DNA of 64,000 nucleotides from Selaginella moellendorffii. Taxonomy: Eukaryota; Plantae; Lycopodiophyta. Made by a program: the position numbers and the translations under genes. The stretch is from positions 1,606,293 through 1,670,292 of the forward strand of contig NW_003314289.1 of NCBI RefSeq assembly GCF_000143415.4, written 5' to 3'. The notes beneath the pieces were generated by a model. It had not been told where the DNA came from. It saw nothing but the letters and a program-made list of their open reading frames with translations, and ran no database searches. Every line of letters begins with the position of its first letter. Positions within the stretch are counted from its first letter, which is position 1. Positions 22,568 to 35,532 of the stretch are shown here, piece after piece.

Positions 22568-25500
22568 TTACTTTCTATGGTGTCTTCTCTTGAGCTCTGC
22601 GCGCTGCCTCTTTTCTTCCTCCCACTCTCGATCATACATCCTGGAAGAACAAAGACACAAAGAACTCTCGCGTCAATCCAGAAAGATGAGAGGAGAACTC
22701 ACTGTTCGTGGTCGCGGCGAGTAAGCTTGGAAGGAACGTCTTTGAGAGGTGGCTCCATGTAAACGTTCCTGGCCTGTTGTGGTACCACAGCCTTTCTCTC
22801 GTACTGCTGCTGCGACGCTGCCGCGGGGGGTGGCGGCGGTGGAGGCGGCGGTAAGAATCCCTCTCCAGAGATGTGATCCCGCTTGAGTTTCCTGCGCTTG
22901 GATCCAGCAGCCCCGTCAAGCTCGTCTTTTGCCATCGCCATCTTCTCTCTTTCGCGCTCACGTTCTTTCTCCATCTGGAAGAGCCAAAGCATGAGAAACA
23001 CAGTATAGACGAAAAACTGGAAATAACTCTTACCTTGATCGCTAGAAGTTCTCTCTCGTCTCGCTTCCGCTCCCTGTTATCTTCATCCCTCCTCCGCTTC
23101 TCATCCATGAGCATCATACCGCCTTCATCCGCTCTGCGCTTCTCGTCCCTGTGAGGAGATAAACGCTGCATGGCTCTCCTCCTCTCGACTTCTTCCTCTC
23201 GTCTACTTCCTGGAGCCGACGATAGCAAATGCGGTACCATGTTGGGCGGGAGAGGTGGCGGAGGAGGCAAGCCCTGTGAAAACCGGTCGTCACCATGTGA
23301 CTGTTCTCCAGCAGAGTCAGTGTGTCTGGGCCTGGGCCGCTCGTCCTTGTTGCTTCTCTCGTCCCTGCTTCTAGTGTCAAAATTCCAATCGCCTGCTCTA
23401 TCCGAACTTCTATCTACTGACCTGTCCCTGGGCACTAATCTATCCCTCGACAACTTATCGCCATAGTCATCTCGGTCGGACCTCTCCATCCTGTAATCTC
23501 GGTCTGGTCTCTCTCGCCCCTTCTCAAGGCTGGGACGGTCGTCGTATCCCCCGTGCTCCGCAGACCGGGGTCTTTCAGAAGCTAGCCACCTTTCTCCTGT
23601 ACGAATCTCACCAGCCTCCACATTTCTCTCAACGGGCTCTGCTTTCCTTCGCTTTCGTTCGGACTCGTCGTTACTGCCTGCTCGTTTGATCTGCCTATCT
23701 TTGTCAAGGAAGTGCGCACCATCGTCCCGGTGCGAAGGTGATTTTGATGACGCTGCCATGTGATTGCTCATTGCTCCTTCGTGAGCATCCTGCCTGTCCC
23801 TCTCCCTTTCAATCGAAGCCTTCGGTTCCGCAGACCTGGAGGTTGTTTCAATCCGTGGCTTGGGTGGTAAGTCCTGAGCTCCTGGTCGAGATGATGTGAC
23901 AACCGGTGACCGAGTGGATGAAGCACCCGCATTCGTGTGAGAACTGCTGCTCATACGTCTGCTGGTATCGAATGCACCCGCTTCCTTCTCTACAGTTGCG
24001 GCATTGGAGCTTGTATCCACCTTTGGCGTCTTACTTGGCGGATCGTCTCGCACCTGTTCCGGCTTGCTTCTTGTAGACACAGCTGTTTGAGTCGCCTTGC
24101 GAGGTTGCAAACGAGCCTGCATGAAAAGTATGATCTTCAACCAATGCTTTCACTTAAAAACTACAAGTTACTCACCTCTTCTTCGGCAACTTGTTTGGAA
24201 TGATGCACCTCTGTGCTTCGAGCATCTATACCATTTGCTGGTTCGCTTGAGGGTTTACGGCTTTTGGTCTGACTAGCTTGCTTTAACTCCGTTGAAGCTG
24301 CTGGAACAGCTGGCCTGGAAGCTGCTGCTTTCCCATCTGATCTCACTGGCATCGAAGCAACGCCAGGAGTAGGCTGTTGTTGCGGCTCAGTCAAGGATGG
24401 TGCTGCTTTTGCGGGGACAGGAGGGGGTTTAAGGTCAATGTAACCCATTCCGAACTCCTCGTCACTCATCCATGCATTCTACACCAGTTGAAGTGTTGAG
24501 TAAGAAGTTCCAATTTTACAGGACTGTTTACCTTGCGACTAGCCAGAGCAGCAGACACTCCCGTAGCAAGAACTTTAAGATCTTCACGGTCATCCAATTT
24601 AATTTTGTTAACCTGAAAATCCGGGGTTAGCATTTCACTAGTCCTCCCGTTTGCTTACCCGTCTCTCTATGTTGATGCCTGTTTTCTTGGTGATTGGAAA
24701 GACGCTAGAAATTTTAGTAAGTATAGTAAGCGCGTTACGTATTTCCATATACTCCGAAGATTCCAGACAGTGTATTAGCAGTTTCGTTAATCGGGAGCTC
24801 CATTTCCATTGTATCTGAATCAAATGTCATTGTCCAGGCACTTCAAAAAGAAAATGCTTACCCGAACAAACTGTGCGAAAGTTACCCGTTGACTGTTCGG
24901 ATCTCTGTACAGAACAGCAAAACCAGGCATATTTCCACATTCTCGATCATAAACTGATTCATCGCTCTGCAGAAACATCAGAGGTTGTTATGTTGTCAAA
25001 GTTGATAATGATGTGTACCTTCCAGTGATATGCCATTTTCAACGTCTCAAACAAGAACCTGCCCAGCCTTCCCGCTTCATACTCCGTACAACAGTAAATC
25101 ATTGGTTGCAGCGTTTTACATATGAGACAGTCGATGTGGTTGACAGTGTTGAAGAATGGAGTACCAAGCGAGTGAAGGTTTTGAACAAACCTAGCACAGT
25201 AAACAGCATCGATCGTGCTGAATACGCATCTTGGAAAAATGCAGCGTTGCAAGAACTCCATGTTGATCTTTTGGCTATCCGGGCATGAGGTCAGCCAAGA
25301 ATCCTTCTCACGTAAAAGACGTTGCTGAACAGTAGCCACGTGTTGCTCTTGCTTCTGCAACTCTGATGACAATCTGTCAAGGACTTCCTGTATTTTCTCC
25401 TTATCTTTCTTCCGCTTTGTGATTGCAGCATAAGAGTTGTCAGAGCTCTCCTCCAACGCTCTCAACGAAGACCGTTGCTTTGCAATCTCAAGTTCGTAAC

Positions 25501-28500
25501 GTTGTCTAGGAACGTATAGATCGTGCAACGATAGACCCCAAAATGTGAGGTAAAGTTCCGGCGAGAGGCTGTTCCAGGCTTTCAGAGGTAGCATAGTATG
25601 GACAGTCGAAAGAAGATCAGTCCACCTATACAAACAAACAAGTAAGCTTTCCTCCAAATTTGTATAAATGGAACATACGTTATTGCTTTTCGATGTGGCA
25701 ACTCCAGTACCAGATCCTTAGAAGATTGGCTTTCATCAATCTGCCCACTTGTATCTGACCCTTTTGGCGTTTTAAAGAGTCCCAAGACCGGTCTATAAAT
25801 GAGGAAAGCCACCTGAAAATATTCACAAGTTAGAAGAAGATGATGAACGGATAAACACACCTCCGGTTCTATAAGATACTTGTGTACAAGTTCATCAAGC
25901 GATGGCATGAGTTGAGCATAAGCCGTGGACGGAGTCACAGCAACATACAGAAATTCCACGTACTGCAAGAGCGCGCCGTGACATCTATCGAACTGCTCGC
26001 TGACCATTTTAATATGTGGTGCATTGCATTTCGTTACGATACTGCAAGAGAGCGTTTTATGAGAAAATTTCATTTATGCCTTGACTTACTTAGATCTGTG
26101 TTGAGCAATGAGCAGTACCAACGGAAGTGCTAGTTTGGGCTCTTCCTTGGAAAGTAGGGCGTCCCGCAGCCTATTAGTGGATTTAGTAAACGCCTGAATA
26201 ACACCAGTAAGGATGGCACTCGTTTCACTTGTAATTTCTTACCTTATTGTTCCTAACCAACCCAAATGCTGTAGCTTGATACCGTAAGGTCTCGCCGCCG
26301 GACATGGCTTCCAGTTGATCTTCAGTAACATTTTCAGTGTATTCTACGTTGGCCATTTGTTGCATCAATTCCTAAATCAGAAGGTCAAGAGCAATGTAAA
26401 ACCGTACCAGGAAGAAAATACCTGTAGTACAACAAGTTCTATGCCATCACCCTTCTTTAGCTGATTGACAAGGTACTGAAACAGGCCACGTAGTTCCATT
26501 GAAGGATGCTTTTTGCATCTGTAATGATAAACCTGAGTCCCAGTCCAAAATATCGATATTAGTACTTACAAAGTACCCCAGAAAGATGCCAGAGATTGAA
26601 GCCAATCTGAGAGATTTAATCCATCCTCCTTAAGCTTCTCGCGGCCGCCTTGAGCTAGGCGCTCCAACACCACGTATTCTAGGACGTCATACTCGAGCTA
26701 ATAGAAAACATTGTCAAAATACTGATTCTGTAAAAATATGTCCATATCTTGTTATACCTGAGTGAGGTACTTAAAAGCGTCAACTACAGGAGCAATCATA
26801 TCTTTGTATGCTTCAATCTGAGAAGAAGAAAAACTAAAAGTAAAACAAGTATAAATTTAAAGTTTACTGTACCTGATGGACAATGGTTCTAAGGACAGTT
26901 AACGGATTTGCGTGGGCAAGCTTGGCAACCTGTCGTCCCAGTTGCTTCAAATTTTCCTTGGCAAGCCTTTTTAATATGCGTCTTGTGTCCAGCTGAAACA
27001 CGTTTCTTAAGTACAACAACAAAAACACCTCAGCTCACCTTACCTTAGCAGTCTGACGAGCAGCCAAAAGCATTGGGAATGATTCGTCATCTTTTTCCCA
27101 TTCACCATATATTCGGTATCGGACCTACGAATAAGATCGTCACACAATTTTTAGAGAAAGAGAAATACAACGCTTACCTCATACGAAAGTAAACTCAGAA
27201 CGTCCCATATGGCAATGCAGACAGCTGGATTAGCTGGTAAAAGCTGTAATGATGGAAGTAAGCAAGCGCTTAATGCTTCCTCAACCTTCAGACGTGCTTC
27301 CTTGAGAGCTGCCCTAGCATCTTTGTGCTCAGCTTCTTGAGAGCGCGTAGAATTAACAGCAGACACAGCCGAAGAATAATATCCTCTAAGAACCTTACAA
27401 ACCTGCAATGTGTATGTCAGTCTAATCACAATAGAGGCCATGTGGACGCACCTTCTGTAAAAGAATTACATCTCGATATAGGTATGGACCAATCCAAGAA
27501 AGCATTTGAAAGAGTTCCTTCCTAAGCTCCGTCACAGGAGCTTTTCGGGTAGAAACCTCTTGGTTCAACTTTGAAAAGTACGAAGGTCGAAGACGATTGT
27601 AGATTGGTGCAATAGTGTTTTCTATAATCCTGTAAGCTAATGTCAATTAAAATCTTACAACAGTCAAGACGTTACCTTATCAACCCGCTCGATATTCGCT
27701 CGTGCGCAACCGGATTAAGAGCAGCTAGACGCTCGAACAGGATGTTTGCGTGATGCCTATCAGCTCCGGATTCAATTAAGATAGACACTACATTCAAGCT
27801 TACCAATCGTCGACTGTCAGAAACCCATCAAGCAGCCCCAGCTTTTGATTCGTTACAAGCTCCATTACCCGCTCAGCTGTTGCTTCAACCTCGCCATCTA
27901 ATGCGGCATAAAGGTCAATGTTTACGTCTCCGGGTTTCTCTTCCTCCATGAGATCTTTTCCAGTCGCCGCAAGATTTATCTTTCCTATTCTGTTCGCCTG
28001 CAGAAAACGTTGCGGCAAAAACTTATAAATTACAAATTACCTCCTCCATGCGCCTCTTAAGAATTTCCTCGTACTGTTCAAAAGCTTCTTCATCTTTAGG
28101 TGTTAAATGAGCATATCTAAAACAAAAATGAGTATGAGAAAGCAAAAAAGGAAGTCATTTACATGCTATCCAGGTCAACAAAGTCAGCCTTCACTAGAGT
28201 CGCAGCCAATCTATAAAGACCAGTTGGCACTGGTTCTTCAATCTCAGGACGTTGATAGTATTGAAACTTAAAACCAAGAATATGACAAAGATGAGACTGC
28301 AACATATATCAGCACGTTACAAGAATGCGAAAAAAATAAGGCTTTACTACCTTTCGAAAAAGTGGCATCAAGCCAATAAAGGAAGTGTTCTCAGGATGTA
28401 ATTCAAAAAACTCCAAAACCTGCAGTACTCACACTATCAAGTAAAAACTAAAAATTTCATCAAAACTTACAATGTCAAAAACTCTATTGGGATCGAGGTC

Positions 28501-29430
28501 GAAGTGCCCGATAAGAGACTGCATGATCGCGAATACAGTGAATACCGTGTGCTTCGTCTATTGCCTATAAATACCTTGATAGAGCTGGCGACAGCAGAAC
28601 TGCTCTGAGAACTATCACTTCCACTTTGTTTCAAGAGAGTTAGCTAACAAGAAAAGCTAAAGTCAGCAACCATGACAAGCAACAGCAGTATAGTATTACC
28701 AGCTTTGCATATCCTTCACTCTCCTCCCGCAACAGATTGAACTTCGTCTGTTGGTATAACAGTCGTGTATTCACTCTAACCTGGAAAACACACAAAGATA
28801 ATCTAAAGAAGATAAACAGCGTCAGCGTACCTCCTTCGACTTCAAATCCGGAGCTTTGATCTTGATCATTTCCACCTCCCACAAGAACTCAGCCTCACAG
28901 CGCTCTTGGAAGAGACGAACAGGGACCAAACCAGATTCCGCAAGCCATTTCGCCTGCAAAGCACAGTATAAACAAGACCATCTATACATTAAAAAAAAAC
29001 TTACAAGGTCGACAAGCCGCGATCGAAATTCCCCAGGTACAGTGAGCTGCATAGAAGATCGTGGTGACCTCCAAATCATTTTTTCTATCGATAGAAAACC
29101 AAAAGCTATACCTCTAAGCTCATGTGAGCAATAGCATCGGCAAAATTGGAAGCGATATCTTCCTTAAGAGTCGACTCCAGAAAATTCACAGCATCGAGGC
29201 CTACTCGGCATTTACTAAGTGGCAGGTCTCCTCGGACCTGCATTTCCAACTCAATCGCTATGAGAAATATTTTCTCAATCCAAGAGCTCACATACCATCG
29301 TCCAGCAGAGCTCGTAGATAAATCGATCCGGAGGAACAGCAGCGTGAATCTTAGTCGCGGCATTCGTCGACTTCCATTCCCGGATGTGCTCGCTCGTCAC
29401 GTACTTGCAATTCAGCGCGATTAGAGCCAT
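22568..29430 (-). CDS. THO2: THO complex subunit 2 (multi-exon)
   Basis: Starts MALIALNCKYVT…FIYELCW, contains RVNTRLLYQQTKFNLLREESEGYAKL and FLQRCIFPRCVFS, and ends with an Arg/Asp-rich tail MYDREWEEEKRQRAE…RK*. Confidence 0.95.
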
Positions 29431-29553
29431 CTCCCTCAGAGAGATCGCCTCCTTCTCTTCAGCTCGGCGCCGCGACTCTTCACAGCATTCTCATTGTGTA
29501 CCTGGCGAGCGCCTCGTCGTCCACACCATTGAAACCCTACTAGTGCTGTCACT

Positions 29554-30013
29554 TAGGGCTTTTGGGACTAAAAGAATTTAGGGTTCTTACGCTACTGTGG
29601 CGATGGCGGCGCGTGCGATGGATGCTCCGCCGGTGACGCGATCGCCGACCGCAAGCTCCATATTTCGAGGTCAGTGTACATGAAATGTAAGGAGGAAGCA
29701 GCCGTGGCGAACCAAGCAAATTCGAGACGATGCTCAACTCTCATGCGCTGGTGAGCGCGCAGGATAAGATCTTGCTGGGGGATCCGTCGTCGCGAGTAGC
29801 GCTCGAGTTCCTGGCCGAGATAAGATCCGAGGCACTGGCATCCAGGGCTTTGAATGCTCCGGGGCTTGGTCTCGGTGTGAGGGGCTAGCGATTGGAACTT
29901 CCAGGGCCATGTAGTGGAAAAGATAGTTTCTGGACTTCCTTTACGACTGGAAGAGATTTTCGACGACGATCATGCCACACAGCTCAACCTTTTGCTCGAC
30001 TCCGTCAAGGACG
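29554..30013 (+). pseudogene. 5' partial duplicate of the CTU2 gene with internal deletions
   Basis: Colinear with 32181-32773, including the promoter AAAAGAATTTAGGGTTCTTACGCTACT, with multiple frameshifting deletions. Confidence 0.9.
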
Positions 30014-30243
30014 TGGAGCTGGAGCGGCAAAGGTCGTCAACTTCCAAGGTTAGCATGGAGCTTGGAGCAAGCGGGATCGATCGAGTGGGATCAAGCGGGC
30101 TGAGCAACTGGAGCCCGAGCAGCAGCAGCAGCAGCGAGGAGCGTGAAGAAAGAGTTTGCCACAAAATCAAGATTGCATAGCATTGAGAAGATACATACAT
30201 AAGATAGAAAGAAAAAAAAGAAACATCAATGGATAGGTAGAGA

Positions 30244-31997
30244 TTAAGAGAGTGATTGTTGAGGAGAGGCCATAGACGAGTGTAAGTGACACAAAATACC
30301 ACCCCGTCGTTGTGTGTATAATGTGCATGCTTTCTGCTTCCCAGGAGGCATGTAGTGACACGAAGGATGTGTTGCTGCTGGAATAACCCTATCCAGAGGT
30401 GCCAGTGCGCTATCAAATGCTCCGTAACCCATGAAGACGTCCGTGTAGTGATCATAGTTGCACACCACACCAGAGGCTGGTACCCGGTCTCCAAAGCCAA
30501 TCCAGATAAAGTAGACGTGGTATGGGACGTCGCACGCTTTAGTCACCTCGGACATGAAGTTTGCTGCTCTGGTCTCGTGGTGAGAGGCGAAGTCCTCGTC
30601 CAAGCCAATGACAAAAGCCTTGCCTGGCATGTTAACCAAGACCCGTGGCCAATTCATTGGCATGTCATCCAGCAGCATTTGCCCGTGATCCCCGTGTGGC
30701 AACATCCAACTGGGAGTCTCCAACTTGACGCTGTTTACAACCATGGTTTCCCTAACAGGTTCCAGGTGCACCCGTTTCCGCAACTTGATCACTGTGGCTA
30801 ATGCCATCAAGCAGTTCCACGAGTAGCTGCGCCCGCTGCTGCTGCTGCTGCTGGTCTGGTGCATTACAGGCCACAACCAAACATCTAGCACTTCCTCCAA
30901 GTCTAGGCTCGTAAGCTGCAGTGATCGGAACGACAGGTGCGCCTGGAAGCGAGAAAGGCACCCCCCCATTCCAGATCCATCCATGAAAAGCACGCAACCT
31001 GTTTTCCCCATGAGCTGATATACAGCGTCTGAAGGAGGAGGCATCTTGCAACCTGAAAGTGCCTTCAAGACCAGCCTCCACTCCCTCTCGTCTAGCGGCT
31101 GCTTGAGAAAGCCATCCAGCAGCAGGAGGTGACGATCCAGCCATAGGTTGGGACTTCCACTGGCGTAGCATTCGAGCAAACCCGGTACACCACCCGTGTT
31201 GTACCACAAGCTGTCGAGATCCATACTCTCCTCCAAGAAGTCCATCCCCCCCGGGCCTCGCTTCTCCAGAAAGCAATGCACCTCCATGCCCCCAAAGCCA
31301 GGAGGCACTTGGAAAACCGACGATGGAGGTCGACCAAGGCACAAGGGCGACTTTGCCGCATAGATGACAGTCGCACCACCACTCGTGAGAAGTGGCATGG
31401 CATACTTGCTCGCGCTCTCCAACGCCCACTTCTCGGCAAAGGTATCTGCACGGTTAACGAAGAAGTAGATGGCTTCCTTGCGTTGCTCGAGCCACCGCAT
31501 TGCAGCCTCCCAAGTCTCAATGTCCACCAGCTCGGCAAGCGCTGCCTCGTTCCTGCCATATGAGACGGACAAGCCGAGCAAAAGAGTTTCCAGAGGCGCC
31601 TCAGCGAAGTATGCACCCTCTATGTAAACGACGGCAACTTCCTGGAGAACATAGAATCACTTCAAGGACTCGAAAAAGTTCCTTCACGTACCGGTCGATT
31701 AAACGCCAAGAAAGCAGCAAGTGTAGCGAGAAGGAACGACTTCCCTAATCCTGCTGCTCCTGCAATGCAGCCGAAATCGCCAACTTGTTGCTTCTCCACG
31801 AATGCAAGAGCATCGAGGAAACAGGGGCGTCCCATGTAGTCAAGCCAAGGACCCGGCATGCTCTCAACTGTTGGGACTCTCACCCTGACTGACATTCGGG
31901 GCGAGGATAACTGCGCGGCCTCAACCCCGGTCATGCATTGCACCACCTCCCGCCAAGCATTCCTCGCCCGCCACATCTTACCTTTCATCATCCCCAT
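30244..31997 (-). CDS. Uncharacterised P-loop NTPase protein, Crinkler/RHS-like
   Basis: Exon 31997-31692 with Walker A IAGAAGLGKS, 50-nt GT-AG intron 31691-31642 joining in frame to EVAVVYI, a Walker-B-like IYFFVN and a TGGVPGLL motif. Confidence 0.65.
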
Positions 31998-32229
31998 GCC
32001 TCAAACCCTAATTTGAAACCCTGGTATTTATATCAAAACTTATTAGACAACTTTTACCGAATGAAAATACTCGAATGAACCTTAGAGATACATAAAATAA
32101 AATAACCATTTTCACAATGATCAAAGAATGGAGGTTTTAACACGCATAAGCTGCTATGTTTAACCATTAAAACCTACTTTTAGGGTTTTTGAGACAAAAA
32201 GAATTTAGGGTTCTTACGCTACTCTGGCG

Positions 32230-33486
32230 ATGGCGGCATGCGCTGGCGCGTGCGATGGATGCTCTGCCGGTGACGCGAGTCACGCGATCGGCGATCGCAG
32301 GCTCGATATTGCGAGGTCAGTGTGCATGAAATGCAAGGAGGAAGCAGCCGTGGCGCTCGCGAATCAGACGGAACCGATGTGCGCGCAGTGCCTTCGATCC
32401 AGCATTCTCGGCAAATTCAAGACGGTGCTCAACACTCATGCGCTGGTGAGTGCGCAGGATAGGATCTTGCTGGGATTTTCTGGGGGTCCGTCGTCGCGGG
32501 TAGCGCTCGAGTTCCTGGCCGAGATAAGATCCGAGGCACTGGCATCCAGGGCTTTGAATGCTCCGGGGTTTGGTCTCGGTGTCGTCTTTATCGACGAGGG
32601 GCTGGCGATTGGAACTTCCAGGGAAGAAAGGAGCCGTGCAGTGGATGTAGTGGAAAAGATAGTTTCCAGGCTAGAGCTTCCCCTAGTCGTCAGGCGACTG
32701 GAAGAGGTTTTCGACGACGATAATCAGGAGGATTGTGCCACACAGCTCAAGAATTTGCTCGACTCTGTCAAGGATGGAACTGGAAAGGAGGATATAGTGG
32801 AGATACTTCGCATGGAACTGCTGGAACAAGTTGCAAAGAAGGAAGGATACACTAAGTTGGTGCTGGGACTGTCGACGACAAGGATTGCCGCTCGGGTGGT
32901 GTCTGCCACAGCCAAAGGCCAAGGCTTCGCTTTGGCAGCTGGAGTACAGTACGTTGATTCGAGGTGGCATGCTCCGGTCGTGCTTCCGCTCAGGGACTGT
33001 GCTACGAAGGAACTAGCGCTGCTGTGCCACTTTTTCCACCTCGAGACGCTGTTCTTGAGGAACTTTTCTACTCTTGTGGAGCCTAGCGCCAGCACCATCA
33101 ACAGCCTGTGCAGCAACTTTGTGTTCACGCTACGAGAGGACAACTCTTCCAGGGATCACACGATCGTTAGAACTGCCGGGAAGCTGACGCCATTCAGTTT
33201 CAACCATCTCGCGCCGTCCAACGGAGATTCTCGGTCCATGCGGAAGAGACGGGGCGTTAAGACGGAGCTGTCAAACAGTGGAAGCAACATGGAGGCACTG
33301 TGCGTTTTGTGTCGAGCTCCAGTAGATGGCCGCTCGCAGTTAGAGGATGATCCACGCTACTGTCGGAGCTGCACGCTGCAGATTGTAGACGACAGCAAAG
33401 TTTGCAACTTACTTCCTCGCCACATTCAAGCGAGGCGAGCCGGTCAGGCGTGGATGAAGTCGCAGATCGAGGAATTCTTGCTTTAA
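32230..33486 (+). CDS. CTU2: Cytoplasmic tRNA 2-thiolation protein 2
   Basis: CMKC…CAQC, ILLGFSGGPSSRVAL, KGQGFAL, LPLRDC, HTIVRTAGKL and C-terminal Cys pairs. Single exon. Confidence 0.92.
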   Translation: MAACAGACDGCSAGDASHAIGDRRLDIARSVCMKCKEEAAVALANQTEPMCAQCLRSSILGKFKTVLNTHALVSAQDRILLGFSGGPSSRVALEFLAEIRSEALASRALNAPGFGLGVVFIDEGLAIGTSREERSRAVDVVEKIVSRLELPLVVRRLEEVFDDDNQEDCATQLKNLLDSVKDGTGKEDIVEILRMELLEQVAKKEGYTKLVLGLSTTRIAARVVSATAKGQGFALAAGVQYVDSRWHAPVVLPLRDCATKELALLCHFFHLETLFLRNFSTLVEPSASTINSLCSNFVFTLREDNSSRDHTIVRTAGKLTPFSFNHLAPSNGDSRSMRKRRGVKTELSNSGSNMEALCVLCRAPVDGRSQLEDDPRYCRSCTLQIVDDSKVCNLLPRHIQARRAGQAWMKSQIEEFLL

Positions 33487-33838
33487 GTAAGGAGGAAGGC
33501 CCGGGAAGAGAAAAGCTTACAGTACTAGCAGCCAACAGGTGCGTCAAAACAGGCCAGTTTCAGTACAAGTGGGGACTACGAAATGCCAAAACCGGAAATT
33601 CATATGTCCAGAGCTCTGGCCATTTCAAAACGGGGAGGCACAGCAACCAAGACGGTGATGTTTTGGTGGCTAGCAGCAGCCTCGCAACTTTTTAGAGACG
33701 CGTCAAGAACTACCCTACCATCTGGGTCCAGTGGTGGGAACCAGCAGACAAATCTCGCCAGAATCCTTGAAAACTCTCGTCACCAAGCACCAAGAGCAGA
33801 TGGAAGCGAGGCGTGTTTCATATTCTATTTCGTCGAGA

Positions 33839-35140
33839 TCAGCACGGTTTCCAGGCAGACGCGAAAACCGTGGACTGGTCCTTCCAAGTGAGGAACAAGG
33901 CACTACTTTGGTGTAGACACCCCCAGCCGTCCTTGTACCGCTTCAGCAGCGCTCGTATATCGTCACGGACATCGTCGCTGAAGTTACTCGGTCGGAATCC
34001 CACTTTCTTCAAGACTCTGGACCACTGGGAATGGCTGTATTCTCGCTCGAAGTCATCCTCACTGCAAGAAACTATTGTCAGGATGTTCCGAGCGACGATT
34101 CGCTCCAGCATAAGCCGCTCGTTGCTGGTCCGGACAAAGCTCTCTTCCAGCGACTCGAAGACAAGCGAGTAGAACCTGAGAGCCTCGCAGAAGGACTTTA
34201 GGAAGTCTGTCGAGGCGAAGTTGGCCTGGTGGTCGACAATCGTGACGAGCTTGGGCTTCATGCCGTGGAAAGTAGCGAGCATCTTTTTCCTCGAGGAGCT
34301 CCCGGAACTCAAACTCATCGGGCTTTGACAGGATTTCTTGTGGACGCGATTGAGGGAGCTGACACAGTTGATGACAAGTGCTTCACCCGGCTGGACCTCG
34401 AGCCTTTCAGCGTCGAGCCTCTCCATCTCTGGCTCCTGGAGAGCCTTAAACTCGAAAGGTACTCCCATCAGCCTCGCAAACTTTTGCAGCCTGTTTCCAA
34501 TCTCTTTCATCACTTTGGCTGCAGACTCCTCGCTGTTGGTGGTGACGGTGGTGAGCCTCAAATGCGGTGCGCCCTCCGGCCTCGTCGCCAGCGCTTCCAG
34601 AAAAGTCGGCCACTGGGTGCAAAAGGTGTTGCTGATGTCGACGATGTGGAGCCGAGACTCACCTTCGGCGGCCTCGAGAATCACTCCGTTCGCAGCAACA
34701 TGGCCGAAAGTTGACCACGGGCTCACCTCCTGGAACTTGAGCATCATCTTCCGAGTCGAGTCGAACGAGTAGCCTCTCTCGGCGGCGGAGCTGAGGATGC
34801 GGTGGCAGCGGCTTCCAGTCCCGGTGATCTTGCAGAAGAGTCCCTGGAGGAAGCTCGAGGCGATTCTCTGGTCGAAGTCACCGTATGGAGAGGAGAGCTC
34901 GTTGAGTAGCCACATGAGGCGCTGGACCCGAGACACATCCTTGGAGGACACAGCTCTGGCACACTCGAGCAGCAAATTTGGAGCCCAGTGGTGAGTTGGA
35001 TTCAACAACGCTGGAGTGGAGGAGCTCCTCACTTCTAAGTTCCCGTCAAGAGGTGAGAGATCTTCTCGTTCTTCTTCTTTGCTTTCTTTCGCTCGGCAAT
35101 TCTCATTCTCAGGGAAGAAATTCTTGCAGGTGTGATCCAT
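33839..35140 (-). CDS. SHR: GRAS transcription factor, SHORT-ROOT-like
   Basis: LMWLLNELSSPYGD, KFQEVSPWSTFGHVAANG, LHIVDISNTFCTQWPTFLEALATR and C-terminal ASAWKP. First ATG at 35140. Confidence 0.9.
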   Translation of the reverse strand: MDHTCKNFFPENENCRAKESKEEEREDLSPLDGNLEVRSSSTPALLNPTHHWAPNLLLECARAVSSKDVSRVQRLMWLLNELSSPYGDFDQRIASSFLQGLFCKITGTGSRCHRILSSAAERGYSFDSTRKMMLKFQEVSPWSTFGHVAANGVILEAAEGESRLHIVDISNTFCTQWPTFLEALATRPEGAPHLRLTTVTTNSEESAAKVMKEIGNRLQKFARLMGVPFEFKALQEPEMERLDAERLEVQPGEALVINCVSSLNRVHKKSCQSPMSLSSGSSSRKKMLATFHGMKPKLVTIVDHQANFASTDFLKSFCEALRFYSLVFESLEESFVRTSNERLMLERIVARNILTIVSCSEDDFEREYSHSQWSRVLKKVGFRPSNFSDDVRDDIRALLKRYKDGWGCLHQSSALFLTWKDQSTVFASAWKPC

Positions 35141-35532
35141 TTTGTCACTATGGAACGCGATAGCCGCGTTTGAAGTTCCGGCCGTACGATTTGTACGGCC
35201 GCGGTCGTGCCACGTGGTGTGGTCCACCTCGCCGTCCAGGGGACACGTGTCGGCACGGCACCGGCCAAGCGGCGGGCTAAAATTGCCCCTGGTAATTTGC
35301 TAGGGGATATACCTGGGAATATTCTCATCCCAGCCTTTTACACCTTTTCCAGGGATTCGCGGGAGGAGGGAAAGAAGGCCGTGCGGATCGAGCTCGCATT
35401 GCGCTTGTGGAGGTGATCGCTGGCGGGCTTTGGGGCGCGCGTCGTGGATTCCGATCGAATCGAGGTCTCTGGCGCTCTTGATTGGCGTGGTCTAGATCTG
35501 TAGCTCAGCCCTAACAGCCCTTTCCAGGCGCA

